This document shows, piece after piece, positions 10,338-20,650 of a stretch of 64,000 nt of DNA. This DNA is from Epithemia pelagica. Lineage: Eukaryota > Protista > Bacillariophyta. The stretch is from NCBI GenBank assembly GCA_946965045.2, contig OX337236.1:620001-684000 (forward strand). The letters are read 5' to 3'. Every line of letters begins with the position of its first letter. Position 1 is the first letter of the stretch. A model generated the notes under the pieces. The model made no database searches and was not told the origin of the DNA. It saw nothing but the letters and a program-made list of their open reading frames with translations. The position numbers were made by a program, and so were the translations under genes.

Positions 10338-13300
10338 TTACCGATCACCGGCCCGAGCGGCCAATGCCTTTTTCAAATAAGCCTTGGTTTGGGGACACAA
10401 GCCCACAACTCCTGGATAGTCTTGCAACCACGAAAACGACTCGTTTGGTTGGACATACAAATGAACCAATTCCGTGAGGAATTGCGGATACAACTGATCC
10501 ATGTCCTGATGCAAGGAATGCCCACCACCACCAACATGCTTTTTGTGAGTGTCGATATCGTCCTTCCATTCGTGCTTGGCCTTGGATTCGGCATGCGGAT
10601 TGTGAATGACAAAGCCTTGTGGTACAATCCAAAATTTGTAGCGTAAAAATCGCAAGTGTTGAATGTACTCAATCTTGTTTTTGCCATACCCATGAAATCG
10701 TTCATCGTAGTAGGGCGACAGGGGGTGCGACGTGTCGTCTCGAGGGTTCGTGGCAGCCTCGTCCGGGTGTCTTGTGGGACACCAAGGAACCACGACATAG
10801 GGTTCATATCGGAGCGAATCTAAACACTCCAACGGCATGATATCATGAACCGTGGTTCCATTGGACAAGGAAATTGGTTGCTTTTTGTTGTACCATGCTT
10901 TGGACAGCCACTGAGAAGAATGAGTCGAGGAATGACCTTCCCAATTGTCCCGTCCTTGAAAGACACCACAAGTACCGTCGGGTTCGTTTTTACCCTTGTT
11001 CTTGTTCTTCTTGTTCATGACGCAATCGCGCAACTCTTCAAAGGAACGTGGCAAGAACGAGCTGTCGTGTCGTAACCGATGATAGCAGGCTTCTTCTTGT
11101 TGTAGTTGTTCTTCCTTGGAAAATGAACCATGACAAATCTTTTCAAAGGCTGGAACAATCAATGCCTCTTGGTGTTGTTGCGGCGCTTGTTGTTGTTCTT
11201 TGAACTGCTGACCACGGACTAGTCTCCGCAACTCCAAGGTGTGACGAATTTGGTCGGGCAAATTGTGCGATGGCACAAAGTCCACATCAACCAGGAGGAC
11301 ATGACTGGTTTGGACGGCATCCAACCCGAGATTGCGCAAATGATTGACGGGGTAGTACTCGGCGTCATTTTCCGCGTAGTGGTTCTCATTGGACGACACG
11401 TTGCGGGGTGGTGGTGGCAACACGTGCGTGACAATGTGGATTTGGGGACACGTGAGGCGCCAATCCTGAAGATGCTGTACTTCTTCTTGCTGCGCTTGGG
11501 TATGGGTCAAGACCAGTGCGGCGACAATGGGATCGGACCACCGACGACACGTTTCTTCCAGAATCCAGGCACGATCCAAGGTGGATTGCAACACCAAGGT
11601 AATTTCCACACGTGTCGTATTCGATCCACACTGGGACGGATACGACCATGCCCCACTCGTAGTCTCCTGGTTCTTGTCTGGTTTGGAATAATCCGCCAAG
11701 GTTCGTAACCGACGGTTTGGCTGTTGCCAGGATGCTTCGTCCGAAGGAGAGGGTACCATATCCTCTTCTTGTTGTACAGAGGTTTCATGTTTGTCATGGT
11801 GTGGGACGAGTTCCGTCATGGGACGGATCCGAAACACTGTTTCACCAGTTTTCGATGCGTGATTTCCGTCCGTCTTGCTGTCTTGCAACTGGCGGGTTTG
11901 ACTCGAATCAACATGATCCGTATCGTCTTGGATATCCTGTTGCTTTGCTTCATGGTTCATTTGATCCAACAATTTTTCTCGCAACACATCTTGTCGCTTG
12001 TCCTCGTTTTCTTCTTGTTGTTGCTCCTCGGTCACGTCTTTGCGCTCCAGTTCGTCCCCATTCCTGTGCTGGATGTTGTGCGTATCCTGGTTTTGCATAT
12101 GCTTTACCAACTTGTCTCGTAGGGCGTTTTGTCGCTCACGTTCGTCTTGTTCGTCCGGGTGCGGGTCTTGTGCGGGCTGCTTTACGGTTTCCTGTAGGTT
12201 GTTGTGGTTGATTTGCTGTTGATGGATCAATTGGTCTCGCAACCTTTCTTGTCGTTCGGCTTCTTCTTCTTCTGTGTCTTGCGTTTTGGATCCCTCCTCC
12301 TCCCTCATGTGTAGAGGCTTGGGCTGTTGGATCGTATCCTGGTGTTGTTGCATTTGATGCACCAGTTCTTGTCGCAACGCGTCTTGTCGCTCCTGGTCTT
12401 GGTCATCTTGTGGTTGTGGTTGGTCCTGGACCCCCGAATCTGCGGCTTGGAAATCCGCTCGAGGTGAATGTTCCTGACTCTCATGGTGGTTGGAGGTTGT
12501 GCCATCCTCCAGTGGGTGTTGTGGTTGTTGTTGTGGTTGTTGTTGTGAGTTGTCGTGTTGGCCCGTTGCTGCTTGCAACAATTGTTGTCGCAATTCTTCC
12601 TGTCGTCGTTGCTCGTGTTCCGCTTCCTCGTCCAAGGTTTTGTCATCCTGTGATGATTCATTCTCGGCTGGACCCAAACCTTGTTCCGTCTGGTCCATTT
12701 TCTTTTTCGTTTGGTGGTTGGCGTCTAGTAATTGTTGACGCAAGATTTCTTGTGGGTCCTCGTCGGGTTCTGCTGGTTGGGGTAACTGGTCCTCTTGCTG
12801 TTGTTGTTGTTGTTGTTGCAACTTTTGTCGTTGCCACTGTTGCAGTCGTTGCAAATCAAAGTGGGTGACAAACCGAGCTCGTTGGGAATTGCCTGGTGCG
12901 TCTTGGCTCACCGACTCTTCTTCTTCTTGTTGTTGGTCCGCAGTGTCCGAGTCATGGTTCGACGACGGCGTGTCCATCCAATGATGCAACAAGGCAGCGA
13001 CCCGAAATCCCGCGCCACTGGCTTGCTCATCCTGGTAGTCGATGCGTCGGGCGCGATCCAATGCCAGAGCTTGACTCGACAAGAGTTCGACTTGTGATTT
13101 GGATTGTTGTTGTTGTCGTCGTTGGTGCATCTTGAACAGCAAGGGATCGACAAACCACGTGTTGCGACCACCACCACCATGAGGTGAGGAGGCGTGCCAC
13201 CAGGGCAACCATGACGACCAAGACGATCCATCCGGATGGTACCCCGTCCGTACTGGGGAACGATCCTTGGACCGCAAAAAGTGAAGACCATGACGTCGGT

Positions 13301-13898
13301 GAAACGATGAGGATGAAAAAGATGACGAAGCCAACAGGAGCCATGCAATCCCAATCAGAACGAGTATCACCACCACCAAGCGTGCCATTCGTTCTCGTCG
13401 TAGGAATCGTAATAGTACTGGTTGTCGATGGGATCGTGTTCGTCCATGGAATTGTGGGTCGGCCCCATTATTCCAATGGGTCGATGACGACGACGACGAT
13501 GACGACGACAGCAACAAGGAGAAGGACGGACAACAGGAGTCCCCCACCCGGGCCGCACGACGACAAGTTCGTTTCCCAAATCGTTGCCAGGCGGTCCACC
13601 AGGTATGGGCTTTCCGTCTCTCCTGATGATGATGGAGGAGTTGTTGTTGTTGACCCCCCAACAAAAAGTTGAAACTGGCCGACGGTCGAGCATGAGACGA
13701 CGATTGGTGGTGATGGTTCTTGTCGTGTTTGCTATACGAGGACGTAGGATACTGAGAAGGATCATCCTCGGGGGATGGGTGGGGATCTCGCACAAAAATG
13801 GGAGACACGACAGCCGGTGGTGTTCTGATTCCGGATGGTTGGCTTCGTTTCTTGCGACGCGATGCCATGGGTGTGGTGGAGAAAGAGGAGGGCATCAT
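10338..13898 (-). CDS. Type II GT49 glycosyltransferase (B4GAT1/LARGE C-terminal-like) with a very long Q/E/D-rich repeat stem, 1186 aa
   Basis: TM LVVVILVLIGIAWLLLA; catalytic motifs ITLVLQSTLDR, YPVNHLRN, VLLVDVDFVPS (DxD), ALIVPAFE, YEPYVVV, YDERFHGYGKNK. Confidence 0.85.
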   Translation of the reverse strand: MMPSSFSTTPMASRRKKRSQPSGIRTPPAVVSPIFVRDPHPSPEDDPSQYPTSSYSKHDKNHHHQSSSHARPSASFNFLLGGQQQQLLHHHQERRKAHTWWTAWQRFGKRTCRRAARVGDSCCPSFSLLLSSSSSSSSSTHWNNGADPQFHGRTRSHRQPVLLRFLRRERMARLVVVILVLIGIAWLLLASSSFSSSSFHRRHGLHFLRSKDRSPVRTGYHPDGSSWSSWLPWWHASSPHGGGGRNTWFVDPLLFKMHQRRQQQQSKSQVELLSSQALALDRARRIDYQDEQASGAGFRVAALLHHWMDTPSSNHDSDTADQQQEEEESVSQDAPGNSQRARFVTHFDLQRLQQWQRQKLQQQQQQQQEDQLPQPAEPDEDPQEILRQQLLDANHQTKKKMDQTEQGLGPAENESSQDDKTLDEEAEHEQRRQEELRQQLLQAATGQHDNSQQQPQQQPQHPLEDGTTSNHHESQEHSPRADFQAADSGVQDQPQPQDDQDQERQDALRQELVHQMQQHQDTIQQPKPLHMREEEGSKTQDTEEEEAERQERLRDQLIHQQQINHNNLQETVKQPAQDPHPDEQDERERQNALRDKLVKHMQNQDTHNIQHRNGDELERKDVTEEQQQEENEDKRQDVLREKLLDQMNHEAKQQDIQDDTDHVDSSQTRQLQDSKTDGNHASKTGETVFRIRPMTELVPHHDKHETSVQQEEDMVPSPSDEASWQQPNRRLRTLADYSKPDKNQETTSGAWSYPSQCGSNTTRVEITLVLQSTLDRAWILEETCRRWSDPIVAALVLTHTQAQQEEVQHLQDWRLTCPQIHIVTHVLPPPPRNVSSNENHYAENDAEYYPVNHLRNLGLDAVQTSHVLLVDVDFVPSHNLPDQIRHTLELRRLVRGQQFKEQQQAPQQHQEALIVPAFEKICHGSFSKEEQLQQEEACYHRLRHDSSFLPRSFEELRDCVMNKKNKNKGKNEPDGTCGVFQGRDNWEGHSSTHSSQWLSKAWYNKKQPISLSNGTTVHDIMPLECLDSLRYEPYVVVPWCPTRHPDEAATNPRDDTSHPLSPYYDERFHGYGKNKIEYIQHLRFLRYKFWIVPQGFVIHNPHAESKAKHEWKDDIDTHKKHVGGGGHSLHQDMDQLYPQFLTELVHLYVQPNESFSWLQDYPGVVGLCPQTKAYLKKALAARAGDR

Positions 13899-14335
13899 GA
13901 TTGGTTCTTTCTTCTTTGAATCGATCGAGATGGAACCAAAGAGAGAAACAATGACTTGAAGAATACTCGTAGTAGTTGTTGTTGTGTGCCAAACTCAAAA
14001 AGGTAACACCAGCACCACTGCAGAAGCTGTGTAAAGTGCGGTTGGCAGACAATGCCCCTCTCGGCAGGCTCGTCGTGGCGTTGGGTTTCGTATAGGTCTG
14101 ATGATTGGTTCGTGAATGGAGGTGATGGATGATAAGAAAGGACATTCGAAGGACGAGATCTCATCCTCCTGCACCATTTTGGGACCCATCAAACGACGAG
14201 AGAGGAGAAGAGAGGAGACAGAAACCCTACCCGGATATTTAAAAATTGATGTGAGAAAAAAGCGCCATGCCACTCGTGACCGATCTTGCGGGACTGACGT
14301 GTGATGGATGATGGATGTGGATATGGATGATGCAT

Positions 14336-14494
14336 TGTCTTGTTCCAGTCGATACCTTATCCAACGTGCAAATTAAAAGATATTATAAGGCTAAACCACT
14401 AATGTAAGGATCCCCAAAATAGTAACCATGTAAACGGTAAAACCCCCAAAGATTTCCCATATCCGGGTTTTGTTCCCACGACCCGAATAAGACA
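14336..14494 (-). repeat. 3' LTR of element A (159 bp)
   Basis: Base-for-base identical to 20666-20824 by eye; 6-bp inverted termini. Confidence 0.97.
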
Positions 14495-14525
14495 GTCCCC
14501 GCAAAGTGTAGCTCACCCCGAGAAT

Positions 14526-17500
14526 TCACTTTGTTGTCCCCCGCGGTTGTGAGGGAGGTCCCCGGTCCCCAAATGCCGATGAATATGTGAACTGTGAGAT
14601 CAAGTTATTTCTTCGACTCTGGGGAAGCATCTTGGTAAACAAGTCAGCAATGTTGGTCTCCGTGTCTTCCTTGCCGACTCTGACGATTCCTGCGGCTGCC
14701 GCTTCACGGACCGAATGATAGTTGATGGCGTTGTGTCGCTTGCTCAGGATGGATGAAGGTATGCTGGTATTTTTGACAACGCCTCGATTGTCACAGAGAA
14801 TATTGGCCGGACCGACAACCGGAACACCGAACATTCGCAACTTATACCGCATCCCAACAATCAACTCTTTGGCGATTCTCATCGCCACGAATTCGCTCCC
14901 GAAACTGGATGTTTCCACGGTATTTTGGCGTTTTGAGAACCAAAGGATCGGAGCGTTCTGCAAGAACACCAATATGCCTGTGTGGGATCGACGCGTGACG
15001 ACATTCCCAGCGTGATCTGCGTCCACGAAGCACGTGATTTCCACCGGATTCCCAAGTGGTGTCGGCATGTCTGCTGGTACTTCTTCCGCTACGTCCCCGT
15101 AAAACTCTTTCCACTCTTCGATCGGTGTCTGCGCGAAACAACTCTCGTCTAGCTTCACTGTGACAGGGTCGAATACCATCTTGAGCTTCGGGTGAGATTT
15201 GAGGAATGAAAACACGCAATACACAGCTTCAAGATGTCCCTTCCGCGGATTTGCTAGATACTGTGACATGATCGAAACTTCCAAGTAGATATCCACGCGG
15301 CCAATCTCGACCGCCCATCTCAACACACCAATCAGCTGTTGGTACCGAGCTCTCATCTTATCATCCAGCTCCTCAGAGGTATCAAGCTCGGGCTTGTACG
15401 AAGTTTCGATTGGTACCCGCGCAGTTGTTTTGAGATGTTTTCCGTCCCCGTCTTCCAGCAACAATTGCTCCACCACTTTGATCGCATTATTTACGTACTT
15501 CTCGCTGGACATACCCCATGCCGTTCCCCCTGTGGGCAGGTTGTGTTGGTACACCTGCGCCCCCAGGTACGTGGTCGGTGGTCCGATACTCCCTTTCTTT
15601 ATCTTGTAATGGCGGTCTATCTCCTCAAACACTGGTTCAGGCTTGTGGCTGACAAGCAAGATGTCATCAACGTAAACTAAAATCAGCTCATAGTACGGTT
15701 CCCCATTGTCACGCCTTCGTTCCCGTCGTAGGACACATGGATCCGCCTTGGTATCAACATATCCCATGTCATAGAGAGTGCTCACCAGCGTCGCTCGCCA
15801 ACTGGCTCCCGAGGATTTTAGCCCGTAAAGCGCTCTTGTCATCACGCACACCTTCCCTTGAAACTCTGAACCCACTTCCGCTCCACCTAGGAACCAAATC
15901 TTCTCGCGACATGGCGCATTAAGGTAGGCATTTCCAATGTCACAAGCCAGTACGTCGAGGTCATTCAAGGCTGCGATTAGAAACGCTATCCGAATTGAAT
16001 CGCGACTCACAACGCTCGAATAAGTAAGACTTGATGGGGCATCTGTCATGTGCCCACCAGCCACCAATCTGGCTTTTCTCGTCAGGTCCATCTTCACATC
16101 GAAAACCATGTGGCACTTGATTTCCGTGTACCCTATTAGCTGTCGCCCTGCTCGCACCTCCGCAAGCACGAGATCGTCGCGAGCCTCCCAGGCCACCTTC
16201 ACGACTCCTAGTTCCTTCGCGATCGCGTCCCGCCAGAACGTCGTCCCCGTCTCTTTGTCAAACTGTAACGCCTCTTCCACGGAATGTGGCAGTCGCACCC
16301 CATACTTGTGTGTCAGTTTCCAATACTTTTTCTGCTTCTTCTTTTTCCCAACGACCTTGTTTATGATCCTTCGTTTGTGATTCATGACACGTGGCACCCA
16401 CCAGTGGAATGCCGGTTCCTGCTCTAACCCTTGTGCGACTATATATTCTGCTAACTCTATGGGGTATCCGTCCTTTGCTTCCCGAAGCGGTATCCATGAC
16501 TGACTCCCATCCTTCCATTCAATCGCAATTTCCCACCCTTTCGTCGTTCTTCTTGGTACCTTGTTCCCATTCTTGGACACTATGAAACCGTCGTCCTTCC
16601 CAACGGCGTCCCCGTTTTTCCTGTGCCCAATGATCTCGCTCATGATTGCGAACTGTCGACCTTGATCATCCAGCTGCGAATACAGCGACTCCGCAATGAC
16701 ATTGGCGGTGTATTCCTGGATGACACCTCCAGGGAAACTCACATCGTAAGCTCTACTGTCAAAGAGTGGATTCTTGTGCCTCGTTCCGATTGGTTTGCCA
16801 TCTAACCCTTTCTTCCTCTTCACTACCGTCCCGAGCAACGTTTCACCGCCAACGTCTAACTGGATTTGCGCCCCCAAGTAGTTGTCATACTCCTCGCCAA
16901 GGTCGTCCGCTTCTGGCTTCGGTTCCTGGATCATCTTCCCGTATTCTTCATCCGTCGGAATTACACCTTTTACTTGAGTGTCGTCCTCGACCGGTTCCTC
17001 TACGTCCTCCAAAAATCCTGGTCCCTTGCTCTCCCAATCCACAAAATTCGTATCGTCGAGGCGCTGCTCAACAATCAACCGGAACTCTTGAATCTTTGCC
17101 GTGATGGCTGGTTCCGCCTGTTCCTGCTCCGTCACATGTTGCACGGTTGTCCTTGCCAACACTTTTCCTGCTTTAGTGAGAATCCAATAACAAAGGTCGC
17201 TGCCAATTCGATGCGCTATCCCCAGCCAGAACCCAAGGTGACGATGTTCATCCGACGTATCGGCTTTGGTGTTGTCATGATACCAGACAATATCGAAAAA
17301 CTGGAAATCGATCCACTCCGAGATGTCGGGTGTCTCGCCTGTAAGTCGTTCTATGCCGCTGCGGCTGTCATGTCCCCGGGCGACGCGACTAAGTACACCC
17401 GACTCATGAACCAACCCATAATCCCACAGACGACGAGGAACCCGACAATCAACCATGCGGCGATGCCATCGTTGTTTGAGAAGCCCGATCTCTCGCTCGG

Positions 17501-18680
17501 CACGATGGTTCTGCTTGCTCGTGCCCTTTTCGGCCCATTTGAGGTCAATTCGATGGAAGCGGCTTAATTTCGTGAACTGCGTGGCGGCCCCCGTTTGCTC
17601 GCCGGCCAAATCCGCCGTCAGACCATCCGGAACCCCAACTTCATCAATAAAACGGGCCAATGCTTGGCCGACATGTGCCTTGGAAGCGAGTGGGTAAACG
17701 GCCGTGTACTGTCCGTCCGTGAATACTTGCGCACATTTGTGTCCCGAAAGTGATGTCGTTCGAGCGAAAAGCGTATCCGTATAGAACCGACTATTCAATC
17801 TATTCCGATGCAATGCCAAGTTGTCAACACGATATCGTCGCGTTATAGGCGTGACAGCTGTCCGGATACCCTGTTGGGTGGTGACGCGGAGGGTTTTCCG
17901 CGCGGTTTCCAACCCAATCTTCCATTTCTTGCTGAGATTTTCCGGTGAAACGGTCGAGTGACGGTCCGAGCCGAGACCGCCGACCGATCTGAGACTGTCG
18001 AGTCGCTGCCCCACGGCCACAGGATCGCATGCGCTAGAGACCGCGCCAATTTCGAGTGAGATCTCTTCACGTGCATCATCTAGCGGGCTACGATTGTGTA
18101 AGCTCAAATCCACACTTTTTGGGTCCCATAACTCTTGACGCGTCAAAGTCACCGCAGGTAAAGTCTCAATTTCATGCTTGGTAGGCGCGCGGGACTCAAA
18201 GTAAATAGTCGTCCCCTGTATCTCAAAGGGAATATATAACCCGTCGGCCGTGATGCCAAATCCTTCGTCCTCCTTCCTTGTGGGGTCATCGCGAACCACA
18301 TGCCCACAATACCGAATTTGATTTTGATTCAAGAGAGTCTTCTTTAGTGCGCTACCAAACCACAACATTTGGTGGCCGATTAAGATGTATTCTACTCCTG
18401 TACTTTTCTCTCGGATGCATGTGTCACATGTCGCTATCGGTACGTATTGACCTCCTACCTGTTGTCCCATAAAGTCACTAACCTTGCATTCCATTCCTGT
18501 TGTTTCCATGAGTGTCCAATTGACACCAGCGCAGGAGGTGTCTGCCATTGTATCCATTTCGTTGCATGCAACATCATTCCCATTCCCAGTGCTGATTCCC
18601 ATGTTTCCTATGCTACAATCCACCGTCTTGTCAGTGGTCACCTCACGCCTGGCCCCACAAGTAACCACTGATGCCTGGCG
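14526..18680 (-). CDS. pol: Pol of element A (protease, integrase, chromo-like segment, RT, RNase H), open from the codon right after the gag UGA
   Basis: PR EMDTMADTSCAG; IN FYTDT..LTADLAGE..QNHRAERE; RT KARLVAGGH, LYGLK, YVDDIL; RH FVDADHAG, VETSSFGSEF. Confidence 0.95.
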   Translation of the reverse strand, partial: RQASVVTCGARREVTTDKTVDCSIGNMGISTGNGNDVACNEMDTMADTSCAGVNWTLMETTGMECKVSDFMGQQVGGQYVPIATCDTCIREKSTGVEYILIGHQMLWFGSALKKTLLNQNQIRYCGHVVRDDPTRKEDEGFGITADGLYIPFEIQGTTIYFESRAPTKHEIETLPAVTLTRQELWDPKSVDLSLHNRSPLDDAREEISLEIGAVSSACDPVAVGQRLDSLRSVGGLGSDRHSTVSPENLSKKWKIGLETARKTLRVTTQQGIRTAVTPITRRYRVDNLALHRNRLNSRFYTDTLFARTTSLSGHKCAQVFTDGQYTAVYPLASKAHVGQALARFIDEVGVPDGLTADLAGEQTGAATQFTKLSRFHRIDLKWAEKGTSKQNHRAEREIGLLKQRWHRRMVDCRVPRRLWDYGLVHESGVLSRVARGHDSRSGIERLTGETPDISEWIDFQFFDIVWYHDNTKADTSDEHRHLGFWLGIAHRIGSDLCYWILTKAGKVLARTTVQHVTEQEQAEPAITAKIQEFRLIVEQRLDDTNFVDWESKGPGFLEDVEEPVEDDTQVKGVIPTDEEYGKMIQEPKPEADDLGEEYDNYLGAQIQLDVGGETLLGTVVKRKKGLDGKPIGTRHKNPLFDSRAYDVSFPGGVIQEYTANVIAESLYSQLDDQGRQFAIMSEIIGHRKNGDAVGKDDGFIVSKNGNKVPRRTTKGWEIAIEWKDGSQSWIPLREAKDGYPIELAEYIVAQGLEQEPAFHWWVPRVMNHKRRIINKVVGKKKKQKKYWKLTHKYGVRLPHSVEEALQFDKETGTTFWRDAIAKELGVVKVAWEARDDLVLAEVRAGRQLIGYTEIKCHMVFDVKMDLTRKARLVAGGHMTDAPSSLTYSSVVSRDSIRIAFLIAALNDLDVLACDIGNAYLNAPCREKIWFLGGAEVGSEFQGKVCVMTRALYGLKSSGASWRATLVSTLYDMGYVDTKADPCVLRRERRRDNGEPYYELILVYVDDILLVSHKPEPVFEEIDRHYKIKKGSIGPPTTYLGAQVYQHNLPTGGTAWGMSSEKYVNNAIKVVEQLLLEDGDGKHLKTTARVPIETSYKPELDTSEELDDKMRARYQQLIGVLRWAVEIGRVDIYLEVSIMSQYLANPRKGHLEAVYCVFSFLKSHPKLKMVFDPVTVKLDESCFAQTPIEEWKEFYGDVAEEVPADMPTPLGNPVEITCFVDADHAGNVVTRRSHTGILVFLQNAPILWFSKRQNTVETSSFGSEFVAMRIAKELIVGMRYKLRMFGVPVVGPANILCDNRGVVKNTSIPSSILSKRHNAINYHSVREAAAAGIVRVGKEDTETNIADLFTKMLPQSRRNNLISQFTYSSAFGDRGPPSQPRGTTK

Positions 18681-18683
18681 TCA
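18631..18683 (-). promoter_or_regulatory. Putative gag-pol readthrough signal: UGA-C, 9-nt spacer, 11-bp stem-loop
   Basis: Minus-strand RNA: UGA CGCCAGGCA UCAGUGGUUAC (19-nt loop) GUGACCACUGA. Confidence 0.65.
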
Positions 18684-20609
18684 CTCATATGCGCCGGCTC
18701 CGAATCTGCGTCCGTTGGTGCTGCCACGGTCGTTGCTACCGGGATTCTCGGTTCCCGCCGCACTACCAGCGGCATGTCCATTGGTACCTCCGCCGACAGA
18801 CGGGTCTGTGATGACCGATGGTGGCTCATTATTCTCATTCACGTCGACATTGCCGATGCCGCGTCCACTGGCAGCAGAACCGCGCCCCCAATCACCACCG
18901 CGCCCCCAATCACCACGTCCCCGCCCGTAGCCACGGCCGCGGCCACCACCACGGCCGCCACGATCACCTGAGCTGCGGAGCCGAGCTCGTTCCTGATGGA
19001 TGTACGCCTGTCCGGCGGGCCCAAGAGTGGCCATCTCCTGGGAAGTGAATCGGCGGCTGACGTCCGTGACGTCAACGCCGTAGAAGGTGAAAATACCGTT
19101 GTGCTGTTGGAGACCCGCAAAATTCCGTGGACGGGAAGCGGGTGACTGTTCGCCCGTGTGTGTTTCCGAGATAAACCGGTGCCGAGTGCCAGGACGTGTG
19201 CCACTGCCTCCGATGACATTCGGGTACAGTTCCGAGACTTCACGCGAGATATAGGCGATGGCGTCATCTAAATTAGACCTGTAGTTGCTTCGCACGGTGC
19301 TTTTTATGACGGCAAACTCGGCCGTTGCAATTCGGATGTTGTCCAGCAAGATCTTGACCTGATTTGCATTCGAGCGTCGATTAGGTGTCTCTTCGAGCGT
19401 GCGGAATGCACGTAGAAGCTTGGTAGAATAGGCGTCGAAGCTAAACGCTCTCTCGTTATGATAAAATACGGAACTAAGGATAGCTTCAGCCTTGTTGATA
19501 CGTTTCTCTTTCTGGCCGCCGCCATTGTAGTGTGCTACCAAGGCTAACCATGCCGCTCGACCGTTCTGGGATGCCTGGTAGGGTTGAATCCACGTTGCGG
19601 GTTGGTCGCGTACACGGTCACTAAGCAACCGGTACACTGCCTTGTTGTCTTCGTGAAAGAATGGTCCAGTCAGAGGGTAAGTGTACAATTCTTGCTCTCG
19701 GAGAGTTTGAAAGACGTGTCCAGGTTGAATTTCAGGCCTAATTACATAGTCGAGTGGGGCTTGTTGCTTCCCAATTATGTGGGACAAATAGGTAGGGAAT
19801 TCGCGAGACCAATCTTCCCATATCTCTTCCTTGAGGATTTCGGGCTTAATTTCCGGTGCCTTGTCAGTTTCTGCTTTAATTTCCATCTCGTCGAGGGCAT
19901 CCGAGAGTACCACTTGGTCGAAGTCGGCAGCAGTGATGTCACGCCTCTGTCTACGGGCCTTGGAAGCCCAAAAACACAGCCCTTGAAGATTCTTTACGAC
20001 GCTTGTTGGAAGGCTTATATTGTTCGGTCCAGGGCGTTTCTCCAACCTTGAAGCTAAGGACGTGACATCATCCTTACTCATTCGTCCGAAGGCGTGTAAC
20101 GAATTAAGACGTTCTATGTTTTCTAGTACTTGAATTTCGTTTGCGTTTGCCCCGCACACGGTCAATACCAGCCCGACTTGCGAAAGCGCGGGTGGTGGTC
20201 CTGCAGGCGGGTGCGGTATCGGGGGAGGTGGTGCACCACCATCGCCATCATCGCCGTGTCCACCACCACCACCACCGCCTCCTCCAGCGCCGCCGTCTCC
20301 TCCAGCGCCGCCGTCTCCTCCGTCTCCGCCGCCAGCGGGTGCACCTCCAGCGGTTTCGCCCCGTGTCGACACGCTTCTTGTTCCTCTCGTTCCACTACTT
20401 GAACTCCCGGCTCTATTACTAGAGCCGCCAGTACTTCCACCAGTGCCACCACCACTGGGGTTCCGTTCCGTTCCTGTTTTCCTCGCGGGCATCTTTCTAC
20501 TACCCGTATCCGTACTGGCTCCCCCCGCTGGGACAGCGGTTCCCGTTCCTTGCCCTTCGGGGCTTGTTTCCGGTGGATTCTTCGCCGTAGCTCTAGTATT
20601 CGTTACCAT
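18681..20609 (-). CDS. gag: Gag of element A, 642 aa; Gly-rich N-terminus and RGG-rich C-terminus
   Basis: Located between PBS and pol; blocks PLDYVIR, NGRAAWLALVAHY, NQVKILLD. First ATG at 20609 (20624 is GTG). Confidence 0.9.
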   Translation of the reverse strand: MVTNTRATAKNPPETSPEGQGTGTAVPAGGASTDTGSRKMPARKTGTERNPSGGGTGGSTGGSSNRAGSSSSGTRGTRSVSTRGETAGGAPAGGGDGGDGGAGGDGGAGGGGGGGGGHGDDGDGGAPPPPIPHPPAGPPPALSQVGLVLTVCGANANEIQVLENIERLNSLHAFGRMSKDDVTSLASRLEKRPGPNNISLPTSVVKNLQGLCFWASKARRQRRDITAADFDQVVLSDALDEMEIKAETDKAPEIKPEILKEEIWEDWSREFPTYLSHIIGKQQAPLDYVIRPEIQPGHVFQTLREQELYTYPLTGPFFHEDNKAVYRLLSDRVRDQPATWIQPYQASQNGRAAWLALVAHYNGGGQKEKRINKAEAILSSVFYHNERAFSFDAYSTKLLRAFRTLEETPNRRSNANQVKILLDNIRIATAEFAVIKSTVRSNYRSNLDDAIAYISREVSELYPNVIGGSGTRPGTRHRFISETHTGEQSPASRPRNFAGLQQHNGIFTFYGVDVTDVSRRFTSQEMATLGPAGQAYIHQERARLRSSGDRGGRGGGRGRGYGRGRGDWGRGGDWGRGSAASGRGIGNVDVNENNEPPSVITDPSVGGGTNGHAAGSAAGTENPGSNDRGSTNGRRFGAGAYE

Positions 20610-20650
20610 ATTCCTGTAGTTCACTTCGTTTACTTCCTCTCAATACCGCA

